Positions 48,060-59,420 of a DNA stretch of 59,420 bases are shown here, piece after piece (the first letter of the stretch is position 1; each line of letters begins with the position of its first letter). Source of the DNA: Thiotrichales bacterium (GTDB taxonomy: Bacteria > Pseudomonadota > Gammaproteobacteria > GCF-002020875). The DNA lies in assembly GCA_018658305.1 (NCBI GenBank), contig JABHVM010000073.1, positions 1 through 59,420 on the forward strand, written 5' to 3'. Below the pieces are notes generated by a model that saw nothing but the letters and a program-made list of their open reading frames with translations, was not told where the DNA came from and ran no database searches. The position numbers were made by a program, and so were the translations under genes.

Positions 48060-48806
48060 CTAAACTCTCTGCGCTTGAACTATATTTTCTGCCACTGAAA
48101 TATCTCCAGGGTTAGTTATTTTAATGTTAGTTGCGCTCCCCTCGACCACTATTGGTGAATATCCTAACTTCTCAATAGCCTGAGCATCATCGGTCACTAC
48201 GACACCTTCCGCCTTGCACTTCTCTAGAGCTCTGCGTAACATTCCAAGACGGAACATCTGTGGGGTCAAAGCTCTCCAGAGCCCACTACGCTCAACGGTC
48301 TCAATAATTTCACTCATACCACTTTCTACACCACTCATACTTGGGGCAGTACGCTTTATCGTATCATTTAGCGGTGCAGCCAATATACCTCCAACCGCAC
48401 TCCCTTCAAGTTGTTTAATTAAGCTGTTTAAATCTTTTGCAGTTAGACAAGGACGAGCCGCATCATGAACCAAAACCCAGTCATTCTCAGCTCCTAACTT
48501 AGAGGTATCAAGTAGATAAATTAACGCGTTTAATACCGAGTCAGCCCGCTCCGCGCCACCGTGTACACTATGCAGTCTGGTACGCTGCTCATCACTAACT
48601 CCTCTCCACTCTAACTTAGCCCAGTAACTATCTTGCTCTGATACAGCAACTACAACTCCAGAAACTTTACCAAATATACTCTGGACACTCGTCTCTATAA
48701 CTGTAGACTCTAAAGATTTAGAGCTCTTAAGAGTAAGGTACTGTTTTGGGCAGTTAGACTTCATTCTACTACCAACTCCAGCTGCAGGAATAACTCCCCA
48801 AATCAT
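48060..48806 (-). CDS. ispD: 2-C-methyl-D-erythritol 4-phosphate cytidylyltransferase
   Basis: VIPAAGVGSRM signature. The start is taken at MIWGVIPAAG (48806), abutting the ftsB stop. The ORF track begins 6 codons earlier. Confidence 0.92.
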   Translation of the reverse strand: MIWGVIPAAGVGSRMKSNCPKQYLTLKSSKSLESTVIETSVQSIFGKVSGVVVAVSEQDSYWAKLEWRGVSDEQRTRLHSVHGGAERADSVLNALIYLLDTSKLGAENDWVLVHDAARPCLTAKDLNSLIKQLEGSAVGGILAAPLNDTIKRTAPSMSGVESGMSEIIETVERSGLWRALTPQMFRLGMLRRALEKCKAEGVVVTDDAQAIEKLGYSPIVVEGSATNIKITNPGDISVAENIVQAQRV

Positions 48807-49135
48807 CTGCTCGTCTCCACACACCTACTATTAATGCCGCTAGAACGAGAGATACTATCTTCATTGATAGTATCGAAAAAGATCTCATTTTGCATTACCA
48901 TACCTAACTCACTTCTAGCGCGCTCTTCCAGAGCATCACGCCCATTTTTAAGATCTACAACCTCAGCCCTTAACTGACTATTACACTGTTCCAACTCTCT
49001 ATTGAGCTTACTCTGCCTTGCAATCTCTCTATCCATCTCCCATAATTGAGGAATACCTTTAGGAGATAACCAAACTTCATACTGCAACCATCCTAAAAGT
49101 AGGAGAAGTATAGGGATCAAAAGGCGTAACTTCAT
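48803..49135 (-). CDS. ftsB: Cell division protein FtsB
   Basis: 110 aa. N-terminal TM (LLIPILLLLLGWLQYEVW) followed by a coiled coil, with ALEERARSELGMV matching E. coli FtsB. Confidence 0.85.
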   Translation of the reverse strand: MKLRLLIPILLLLLGWLQYEVWLSPKGIPQLWEMDREIARQSKLNRELEQCNSQLRAEVVDLKNGRDALEERARSELGMVMQNEIFFDTINEDSISRSSGINSRCVETSR

Positions 49136-49162
49136 CCTTAAATACCCGCTAATGAGTTAATG

Positions 49163-50470
<1,308 letters not shown>

Positions 50471-50508
50471 TTAAAATTTAACACTAATGATCTATTAATT
50501 GGTTAATA

Positions 50509-51342
50509 CTACATCTCTAACTCAGCAAATCGACCACTCTTTACTGTCTGGTCGATAGTTAAGAGAGTTTCAAGTAGTGACTCCATCTTATCTAATGGCC
50601 ATGCATTAGGGCCATCACTTAAAGCTTTTGCTGGATTTGGATGAGTCTCCATAAAGAGCCCTGCCACTCCGGCTGCTACGGCAGCTCTTGCTAATACTGG
50701 AACAAACTCTCTCTGTCCTCCAGAAGTCCCTCCCTGCCCTCCTGGCAACTGTACAGAGTGAGTGCCATCAAATACTACTGGGCATTCTGTTTCACGCATT
50801 ACCGCAAGTGAGCGCATATCTGAAACCAAATTATTATAGCCAAAACTTGCTCCACGCTCACACGCCATAATTTGGTTATTTCCAGTTGCCTTAGCCTTCT
50901 CTGTTACATTTTTCATATCCCATGGAGATAGAAATTGTCCTTTCTTTATATTTACAGGAAGCCCCTGTTTGGCAACGCTCTGAATGAAATTTGTTTGTCT
51001 ACATAGGAAAGCTGGGGTCTGAAGCACATCAACTACAGAACTAACCTCATCTAATGGAGTATCCTCATGCACATCGGTAAGTAGTGGTACTCCAATCTGC
51101 TCTTTCACATCTGATAAAATTTTCAACCCCTCCTCTATTCCGGGACCTCGGTAGCTGTTAATTGAGGTGCGGTTAGCTTTATCAAAGGATGATTTATAGA
51201 TAAAATTAATGTTAAGAGCTTCTGTAATCTCTTTCATCTTGCCAGCACTTTCCATAGCAAGCTCACGGCTCTCAATAACGCATGGTCCAGCAATTAAAAA
51301 TAGCGGTCTATCTAACCCGACTTCAAACCCACATAGTTCCAT
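50509..51342 (-). CDS. kdsA: 3-deoxy-8-phosphooctulonate synthase
   Basis: 277 aa. [21 protein letters not shown] and [12 protein letters not shown] blocks. Confidence 0.95.
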   Translation of the reverse strand: MELCGFEVGLDRPLFLIAGPCVIESRELAMESAGKMKEITEALNINFIYKSSFDKANRTSINSYRGPGIEEGLKILSDVKEQIGVPLLTDVHEDTPLDEVSSVVDVLQTPAFLCRQTNFIQSVAKQGLPVNIKKGQFLSPWDMKNVTEKAKATGNNQIMACERGASFGYNNLVSDMRSLAVMRETECPVVFDGTHSVQLPGGQGGTSGGQREFVPVLARAAVAAGVAGLFMETHPNPAKALSDGPNAWPLDKMESLLETLLTIDQTVKSGRFAELEM

Positions 51343-51382
51343 TTTTATATTCTCCTTTAAATGTTTTTATTACTACTGTTTT

Positions 51383-53044
<1,662 letters not shown>

Positions 53045-53072
53045 TTAAATAAAAAATGTATTGTACCGCAGT

Positions 53073-54410
53073 TCACTCATCTACCCCTACAGAAACTTTG
53101 ATTGAGACCCCATTTTTATCTGTTAAAAAGGGTTTACAGACAAAGTATCCGACCACTACTGCCAACTCATCATCTACAAATAGGAGTGGAATAGTATTGC
53201 GTTCCCAAGGAGGAACCCTCTCTTCTCGCAAAATATTTTTAAGAGTTCTTCTATATTCACTAAATGGAGGATGACAGCGCTCCCCCCCAACTCTGGATCG
53301 CACTGTTATTTTTTTATCCTTTAGTTTCTCTCTATCTAAACCAGTAGTGGATATATCTACAGCTTCCAGCACTCTACTATCTGGTAGAGTGAGCGGAGAA
53401 GAGATATCCCAATCTATAACAAATGGGCGGCTGTCGCTGTAGGTTTTGTGATTAGAGCCATCTAAATGAAGATAACCTTGAAAACGCCGCACTTTAATTT
53501 CCACTCCTCGACGGCTAACCCAGCGTAGAAGAGGGGTAGCATCTTCTTTTGCTGCAGCTACTTCAACTATTATTTTCTGTAGATGAGATTCACTTGGAAC
53601 TCCTGCTCCATTTAACTCAAGCCAGTGACGCACCCTTAAACTCATCCGTGTTGACTTTTCATTAATAATAATTGGTAGCGGATCACCAACCTCAATCCCA
53701 GCTAACTGTTTATCTCCCCAGTCACTCATAAGCTCTGCAGCATCTGCAGAGTGACGCGCACTTCTAGATAGGGTTACAGCAGCAGCTTGCCAGCGCTCTT
53801 TTAATAGAGGAATAACTTGGTGACGAATATAGTTGCGATCATAAGATAGTAGCTGATTAGATGGATCTTCAACCCAACTAATTCCACTCTTCTCTGCATA
53901 ATCGAGCAGTTGCTGCTGTGATATTTTAAGAAGAGGCCTAACCATCTCACCACTCCCAAACTCAGAACTGTCCCCCATTGCTGCCAAACCCCGTGGTCCA
54001 GCACCTCGCAGAGCCTGAAGCAAAAAAGTTTCTGCCTGATCCTCTTGATGGTGTGCTGTTACTAGACAATCACCTTCACTAATGATAGCTCTCAAAGCAC
54101 CATATCTAGCATCTCGTGCCGCTTCCTCTGGACTCTCTCCAGAAGTGGGGGCGGCATCAACTGCAATAACTTTGATTGGAGTATTAAGTTTGTGTGAGAA
54201 TTCACTACAGTGTTGAGCCCACTTTTCAGATTCTGAACTTAACCCATGGTTGATATGGACAGCTTTAAGATAACCACTAATCTCTCCACTGTCTCGTAGT
54301 TTAGCTAGAGCATGCAGAAGCACAGAGGAGTCTACCCCTCCGCTAAATGCAACATATATAGTTCTATAGCGGTTATTAAAGAAAGAGAGTAGCTGTTTTT
54401 GTAGATTAAT
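53073..54410 (-). CDS. tilS: tRNA(Ile)-lysidine synthase, 5' end uncertain (no canonical start upstream of the PP-loop)
   Basis: The ORF track starts at GTG 54323, which lies after the essential PP-loop VAFSGGVDS encoded at 54353-54327 in the same open frame. The frame is open back to TGA 54419-54417 with no ATG/GTG/TTG. ATT at 54410 is the best candidate start. INLQKQLL...VAFSGGVDSSVLLHAL aligns with the E. coli TilS N-terminus. Confidence 0.8.
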   Translation of the reverse strand: MNLQKQLLSFFNNRYRTIYVAFSGGVDSSVLLHALAKLRDSGEISGYLKAVHINHGLSSESEKWAQHCSEFSHKLNTPIKVIAVDAAPTSGESPEEAARDARYGALRAIISEGDCLVTAHHQEDQAETFLLQALRGAGPRGLAAMGDSSEFGSGEMVRPLLKISQQQLLDYAEKSGISWVEDPSNQLLSYDRNYIRHQVIPLLKERWQAAAVTLSRSARHSADAAELMSDWGDKQLAGIEVGDPLPIIINEKSTRMSLRVRHWLELNGAGVPSESHLQKIIVEVAAAKEDATPLLRWVSRRGVEIKVRRFQGYLHLDGSNHKTYSDSRPFVIDWDISSPLTLPDSRVLEAVDISTTGLDREKLKDKKITVRSRVGGERCHPPFSEYRRTLKNILREERVPPWERNTIPLLFVDDELAVVVGYFVCKPFLTDKNGVSIKVSVGVDE

Positions 54411-54421
54411 TACAGATCACT

Positions 54422-55390
54422 CTACTCTATACCATAGTTTCCGTAACTCATTAATCTTTTGTAACGAGCATCTAGCAGTGCTTCACTACTCACAGTCTGC
54501 AGCTCTTGCAACTCTTTCAGCTGAATCAGAAGTGTATCTTTAAGTGCTGCTGCAGCTTGCTCAGGTTGACGATGAGCTCCACCTAATGGCTCCTCAATGA
54601 TACCATCAATCAAAGAGAGCTCTTTCAATCGAGGAGCTGTTAGCCCCATTGCTTCCGCAGCATCAGCAGCTTTATCTGCACTTTTCCAGAGTATAGATGC
54701 ACACCCTTCTGGAGAGATTACTGAATAGGTACTATATGACATCATATTAGTTCTATCCCCAACCCCGATCGCTAATGCCCCTCCAGATCCTCCTTCACCG
54801 ATTACAGTACAGATTATAGGAGTCTTAAGACGAGCCATTACAAACAGGTTCTTTGCTATAGCTTCACTCTGCCCCCTCTCCTCCGCATCCATACCAGGGT
54901 ATGCTCCAGGAGTATCAATAAAGGTAAAAATAGGCATTCCGAATCGTTCTGCCATACGCATCACTCTAAGTGCTTTGCGATACCCTTCTGGACGCGGCAT
55001 TCCGAAATTCCTCTCCACCTTCTCTTTAGTCTCTCGCCCCTTCTCATGCCCAACAATCATTACCGGCTCTCCATCCAGACGCGCCATACCACACACTAGT
55101 GCAGAATCATCTGCAAAGGCACGATCTCCATGGAGCTCATGAAAGTCTGTAAATATATTGTTTATATAGTCAAGGGTGTATGGTCGTTGAGGATGGCGTG
55201 CCAGCTGAGAAATCTGCCAAGAGCTCAATGAGGAGAAGATAGATGCGGTAAGCTCACGACTCTTCTCATCTAACTTAGTGACCTCATCACTGATATTAAT
55301 ATCACTCTCATCGTTAACATAGCGAAGCTCTTTAATTTTAGCTTCAAGTTCAGCGATAGGTTGTTCAAAGTCTAGGAAGTTTAAATTCAT
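54422..55390 (-). CDS. accA: Acetyl-CoA carboxylase carboxyltransferase subunit alpha
   Basis: 322 aa. [19 protein letters not shown] start, [12 protein letters not shown] and IDTPGAYPG blocks. Confidence 0.96.
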   Translation of the reverse strand: MNLNFLDFEQPIAELEAKIKELRYVNDESDINISDEVTKLDEKSRELTASIFSSLSSWQISQLARHPQRPYTLDYINNIFTDFHELHGDRAFADDSALVCGMARLDGEPVMIVGHEKGRETKEKVERNFGMPRPEGYRKALRVMRMAERFGMPIFTFIDTPGAYPGMDAEERGQSEAIAKNLFVMARLKTPIICTVIGEGGSGGALAIGVGDRTNMMSYSTYSVISPEGCASILWKSADKAADAAEAMGLTAPRLKELSLIDGIIEEPLGGAHRQPEQAAAALKDTLLIQLKELQELQTVSSEALLDARYKRLMSYGNYGIE

Positions 55391-55413
55391 AATTTTTGTA
55401 GGTGCTCAATATT

Positions 55414-55450
55414 AAATAAATAGTAAATTAATAGTAAATAAATAGTAAAA
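55414..55450. repeat. 11-bp phased A/T repeat (TAGTAAA core x3) upstream of accA
   Basis: TAGTAAA at 55421, 55432 and 55443, within TAAATAAATAGTAAATTAATAGTAAATAAATAGTAAAA. Lies 24-60 bp upstream of the accA ATG. Confidence 0.7.
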
Positions 55451-55522
55451 GATTTAACGACTACTATACCGTAAATTGGATCTAGAGCGTAGAGTTTTAT
55501 AATTGCGAGCTCTTTAGGTTAA

Positions 55523-58500
55523 TTACGGATACTCAGGTAGTACGGCATCATCCCCTAAGTTTTCTCGAAGTCTGGTAAATAACTCTTCACTTGGCTGCAC
55601 ACTCCACTCTGGATCTAAGTCGATTTTTGCACTCATATTTAGATTAGAGCTGTTTTGCTGGTACTCAACTCTTACTGGACAATTTCCTTCGCAAAATGGT
55701 TTAATTATTGTTGATAGATTATTCGCAGAGTGACTACTATTCTGTTCTGGATTTAATCTTAAAATCAGACGACGCATATAGGATGATCTTGCTCCATCTA
55801 AGTTCCAGAGCTCCTCTACATTCATACGCAGACCGCCGCTATAGTCATCTTCTGCCACAGTCCCACGGACTACTAGTATTGTATCTTTCTCTAAAAGGTG
55901 ACGGTATTTCTCATAAGACTCTGCAAATAGAGTCATCTCAATTCGACCGCTTCTATCGTCTAACATTAAAATTGCAAGCGGTTTGCCAGTACGGGTTTTA
56001 ACTACCCGTATTGCTATCATCAATCCAGCCAAGGTGACACTTTTATCTTTATCGCTACTGAGCTCACTCATCCGTTGAGTAATTATGTTACTTAGCTCAT
56101 CTTCATACTGATCGATTGGATGCCCTGTTAGATATAAACCAAGAGTATCCCTTTCGTTTTTAAGTCTCTCATCTTTGCTCCAGACCTGAGAATCTCGATA
56201 GCTGATTTCAACTGCTACAGCTCCATCACCTACTCCACCAAAGAGATCTGCTTGCCCTCGCTCTTGATCACGCAGATACTGTTCTGCTGATTGCACCGCC
56301 TCTGGCAGAGAGTTCATAAAGGTAGATCTACTGTCGTAATTAATTTCCCACCCCTTATCGAGAGGAGCAATATCATCAAAAGCTCCCGCTTTCACCAATG
56401 ACTCAAGAACTCTCTTATTTACTTTGCGCAGGTCAACTCTACGGCAGAAGTCAAAAAGGTCTATATATTTACCATCTAGTTCACGCCCTTGGATGATGCC
56501 CTCAATTGCACCCTCGCCAACCCCTTTAATTGCCCCTAAACCATAAACCACCTCCTTATGGTTGAGAACTGTAAATCTGTAGAAGCTACTATTTACAGTT
56601 GGAGGGTGCACTGTTAACTTCATCACCCTACACTCTTCAATTATAGTTACCACCTTGTCGGTGCCATCCATATCAGCAGATAGGACTGCTGCCATAAACT
56701 GGGCTGGGTAGTGAGATTTGAGCCAAGCTGTCTGATATGAGACCAGCGCATAGGCGGCAGAGTGAGACTTGTTAAATCCATACCCAGCAAACTTCTCTAC
56801 TAGATCGAAGATCTTCATAGCCAACTTGCTATCAACCCCATTAGCTAATGCACCCTCTTCAAATACTGAACGCTGCTTTGCCATCTCTGCTGGTTTCTTC
56901 TTACCCATTGCACGGCGTAACATATCCGCCCCACCAAGTGAGTAACCAGCAAGTACCTGCGCAATCTGCATCACCTGCTCTTGATAGAGGATAATCCCAT
57001 AAGTTGGATGGAGAATATCTTTCAGTGATTCATGCTGATATTTCATGTCTGGATATGAAATCTCTTCTCGTCCATGTTTACGATCTATGAAGTTTTCCAC
57101 CATTCCTGACTCTAGTGGACCTGGGCGATATAGAGCTACTAGAGCAACTATATCTTCAAAAGAGTCTGGATGAAGTTTAGCAATTAGCTTCTTCATCCCA
57201 GATGATTCGAGCTGAAATACCGCTGTAGTTTGAGAATCTTGAAGTAGAGTAAATGTCTGCTTATCCCGCATATCTATATCTTCAATAACTAGAAGATTTT
57301 CCCCATCAGCCTTTCGTTGGTTGTTAACCATCTCTACAGCCCAATCAACAATGGTTAAGGTTCTTAAACCTAAGAAGTCAAACTTTACTAGCCCTACAGC
57401 CTCAACATCATCTTTATCAAACTGGGTTACGAGTCCACCTCCACCCTCCTCACAATAGATTGGAGTAAAATCATTAATGTCAGATGGTGAGATGACGACA
57501 CCTCCAGCATGCTTACCAGCATTACGAGCCACCCCCTCTAAAGTCCGCGCCATATCAATTAACTCTTTAACCTCATCCTCTTGCTCATAGCGCTCGCGTA
57601 GATCATCAGACTCCTCTAGCGCTTTATCTAAAGTCATACCAAGATCAAAGGGAATTAATTTGGCAATACCATCCACCATTCCATAAGGTAGCCCCTGTAC
57701 TCTACCCATATCTCGTATCACCCCTTTCGCATTCATTCTGCCATAGGTTATGATTTGAGAGACGCGATCTCTGCCATAGGTCTCTGAGACATACTTGATC
57801 ACCTCTTCTCGCCTATCCATGCAGAAGTCTATATCAAAATCTGGCATAGAGACTCTCTCTGGATTCAGAAAGCGTTCAAATAGAAGTTTATGCTCTAACG
57901 GATCTAAATCTGTAATTTTCAACACATACGCAACTAGTGAGCCAGCCCCTGAGCCGCGTCCAGGACCAACTGGTATACTTTGCTCCCTAGTCCAACGAAT
58001 AAAGTCAGCAACAATTAAGAAGTAGCCAGGAAACCCCATTCCGTTAATAACATCTAACTCAATTGTAAGGCGCTCATCATATTCAGCTCTAATCTGCTCT
58101 ATCTTTTTACTATCTTTAAAGATCTGTTTGAGGCGTTGCTCTAAACCTTTCTCCGACTCACTACGGAGAAACTCCTCAATTGTAGAGCCTTTAGGGATAG
58201 GGAAATCTGGTAGATAATTTTTACCCAATGAGAGCTCAACATTGCAGCGCTTGGCAATCTCTTCACTATTCTCTATAGCCTCAGGAATATCTGCAAACAA
58301 CTCTTCCATCTCTCTGCTTGAACGGAGATACTGCTCTCCACTAAAGTTTTTTGGACGCCGTGGGTCATCTAGCACTCTGCCCTCATAGATACATACTCTA
58401 GCTTCATGGGCAGCAAACTCATCCTCTAGAATAAATTGCACATCATTGGTTGCCACAACAGGTAGGTTGAACTTCTCCGCTAAGAGAGCTGCGGCATGGT

Positions 58501-59065
58501 TGTAATTCTCATCTCCACTCCTCCCTGTACGCTGGAGTTCAAGATAGTAACTACCTGGGAAAATATCCATCCATATCTTTAGACGCTGCTCTGCTTCTGC
58601 TTGCTCCTCTGCAAGCAGAGCTTGCCCTACATCTCCACCCTTTGCACCAGAGAGCGCGATTAACCCACTACTCGTTTCGGCAATCCACTCTCGCTCTAAC
58701 TGAGGAACACCACGATGTTGCCCCTCAATGTATGATCTAGAGAGTAAAATTTTTAAGTTTTTAAAACCATCTCCATCTCTAGCCAAGAGCACCATGCGTG
58801 AACACTCCCCACCCTCTTGCAGAGCTCGAACTCTAACCTCCGCACCAAAGATTGGTTTAACCCCAGCTGCGGTTGCTGCTCTAAAAAACTTTACAGCTGC
58901 AAACATATTTCCCACATCAGTAATCGCAACAGCTCTAACATATTCAGCACCATCTTCTGAACTTAAATCAGCATCTGCATTAAGGCTATTCATAAGTTGA
59001 GGTAGGCGAATCAAACCGCTCTCTAAGGAGTATTCGGTATGAACCTTAAGGTGAACAAAACTCAT
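55523..59065 (-). CDS. dnaE: DNA polymerase III subunit alpha
   Basis: 1180 aa. PHP-domain start [12 protein letters not shown], polymerase core ([21 protein letters not shown]), and OB-fold C-terminus. Confidence 0.97.
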   Translation of the reverse strand: MSFVHLKVHTEYSLESGLIRLPQLMNSLNADADLSSEDGAEYVRAVAITDVGNMFAAVKFFRAATAAGVKPIFGAEVRVRALQEGGECSRMVLLARDGDGFKNLKILLSRSYIEGQHRGVPQLEREWIAETSSGLIALSGAKGGDVGQALLAEEQAEAEQRLKIWMDIFPGSYYLELQRTGRSGDENYNHAAALLAEKFNLPVVATNDVQFILEDEFAAHEARVCIYEGRVLDDPRRPKNFSGEQYLRSSREMEELFADIPEAIENSEEIAKRCNVELSLGKNYLPDFPIPKGSTIEEFLRSESEKGLEQRLKQIFKDSKKIEQIRAEYDERLTIELDVINGMGFPGYFLIVADFIRWTREQSIPVGPGRGSGAGSLVAYVLKITDLDPLEHKLLFERFLNPERVSMPDFDIDFCMDRREEVIKYVSETYGRDRVSQIITYGRMNAKGVIRDMGRVQGLPYGMVDGIAKLIPFDLGMTLDKALEESDDLRERYEQEDEVKELIDMARTLEGVARNAGKHAGGVVISPSDINDFTPIYCEEGGGGLVTQFDKDDVEAVGLVKFDFLGLRTLTIVDWAVEMVNNQRKADGENLLVIEDIDMRDKQTFTLLQDSQTTAVFQLESSGMKKLIAKLHPDSFEDIVALVALYRPGPLESGMVENFIDRKHGREEISYPDMKYQHESLKDILHPTYGIILYQEQVMQIAQVLAGYSLGGADMLRRAMGKKKPAEMAKQRSVFEEGALANGVDSKLAMKIFDLVEKFAGYGFNKSHSAAYALVSYQTAWLKSHYPAQFMAAVLSADMDGTDKVVTIIEECRVMKLTVHPPTVNSSFYRFTVLNHKEVVYGLGAIKGVGEGAIEGIIQGRELDGKYIDLFDFCRRVDLRKVNKRVLESLVKAGAFDDIAPLDKGWEINYDSRSTFMNSLPEAVQSAEQYLRDQERGQADLFGGVGDGAVAVEISYRDSQVWSKDERLKNERDTLGLYLTGHPIDQYEDELSNIITQRMSELSSDKDKSVTLAGLMIAIRVVKTRTGKPLAILMLDDRSGRIEMTLFAESYEKYRHLLEKDTILVVRGTVAEDDYSGGLRMNVEELWNLDGARSSYMRRLILRLNPEQNSSHSANNLSTIIKPFCEGNCPVRVEYQQNSSNLNMSAKIDLDPEWSVQPSEELFTRLRENLGDDAVLPEYP

Positions 59066-59420
59066 CTTACAAGACTCTCTATAACTTTACGCACGGGAGA
59101 GAATGAGCGTCTATGTTGTGGCAGCACCCCATACTTAGCCAGTGCAGCGAAGTGTTGCTTAGTTGGGTAACCTTTATGACTTGCAAATCCATACTCTGGA
59201 TAAAGAGCATCTAACTCTACCATCATCTTATCTCTTGCTACTTTTGCGATTATAGATGCAGCGCTGATCTCCTCTATTTTTGTATCACCCTTAACTATCG
59301 CCTCTGCTGCAATATTTAACTTTGGAATTTTATTCCCATCTATAAGTGCCTTAGTGATTACTGCTTCACTATCTCTACTAACAATGGACTGAGCCTTCTC
59401 AACCGCTCGTTGCATCGCCA
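59062..59420 (-). CDS. rnhB: Ribonuclease HII (3' part; the gene continues beyond the window end)
   Basis: MQRAVEKA...[10 protein letters not shown]...[22 protein letters not shown]...HKGYPT...HRRSF aligns with the C-terminal ~115 residues of E. coli RnhB. The true N-terminus lies outside the window. 4-nt overlap with the dnaE start. Confidence 0.9.
   Translation of the reverse strand, partial: AMQRAVEKAQSIVSRDSEAVITKALIDGNKIPKLNIAAEAIVKGDTKIEEISAASIIAKVARDKMMVELDALYPEYGFASHKGYPTKQHFAALAKYGVLPQHRRSFSPVRKVIESLVR

Overview
AT-rich ~59 kb chromosomal window. It looks like a sulfur-oxidising, CO2-fixing gammaproteobacterium; that lineage call rests on gene content and synteny only. Most of the window is conserved housekeeping synteny: tmk-holB-tatD; tRNA-Val-thrS-infC-rpmI-rplT-pheST-ihfA-merR-like; smc-zipA-ligA; dksA-gluQ; pyrG-kdsA-eno-ftsB-ispD-ispF-truD; rnhB-dnaE-accA-tilS. 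A carbon/sulfur module sits in the middle. It comprises form II RuBisCO cbbM-cbbQ-cbbO, transcribed divergently from cbbR-(63-aa ORF)-icd-gltA-acnB, a stand-alone soxYZ pair convergent with cbbO, and cbbY about 9 kb away. Accessory-looking content: two GGDEF cyclases (one followed by a bacteriohemerythrin), a BrnT/BrnA toxin-antitoxin pair, an orphan second CbbQ/NorQ-CbbO/NorD pair, and an OmpR/EnvZ-type two-component system next to a small secreted repeat protein. I saw no CRISPR array, rRNA, intact transposase or integrase. Best candidates for something new: (1) DksA fused in one ORF to a ~150-aa lysine-rich tandem-repeat (histone-H1/AlgP-like) N-terminus; (2) the orphan MoxR-AAA+/VWA pair away from any RuBisCO or nor genes; (3) the Calvin-cycle genes linked divergently to the citrate synthase/aconitase/IDH branch, with a structured element and strong terminator after cbbM; (4) a ZipA homologue without a transmembrane anchor; (5) start-codon anomalies in infC and tilS, and a possible Phe-rich leader peptide before pheS. 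All functional calls come from by-eye motif and homology recognition. No searches were run.
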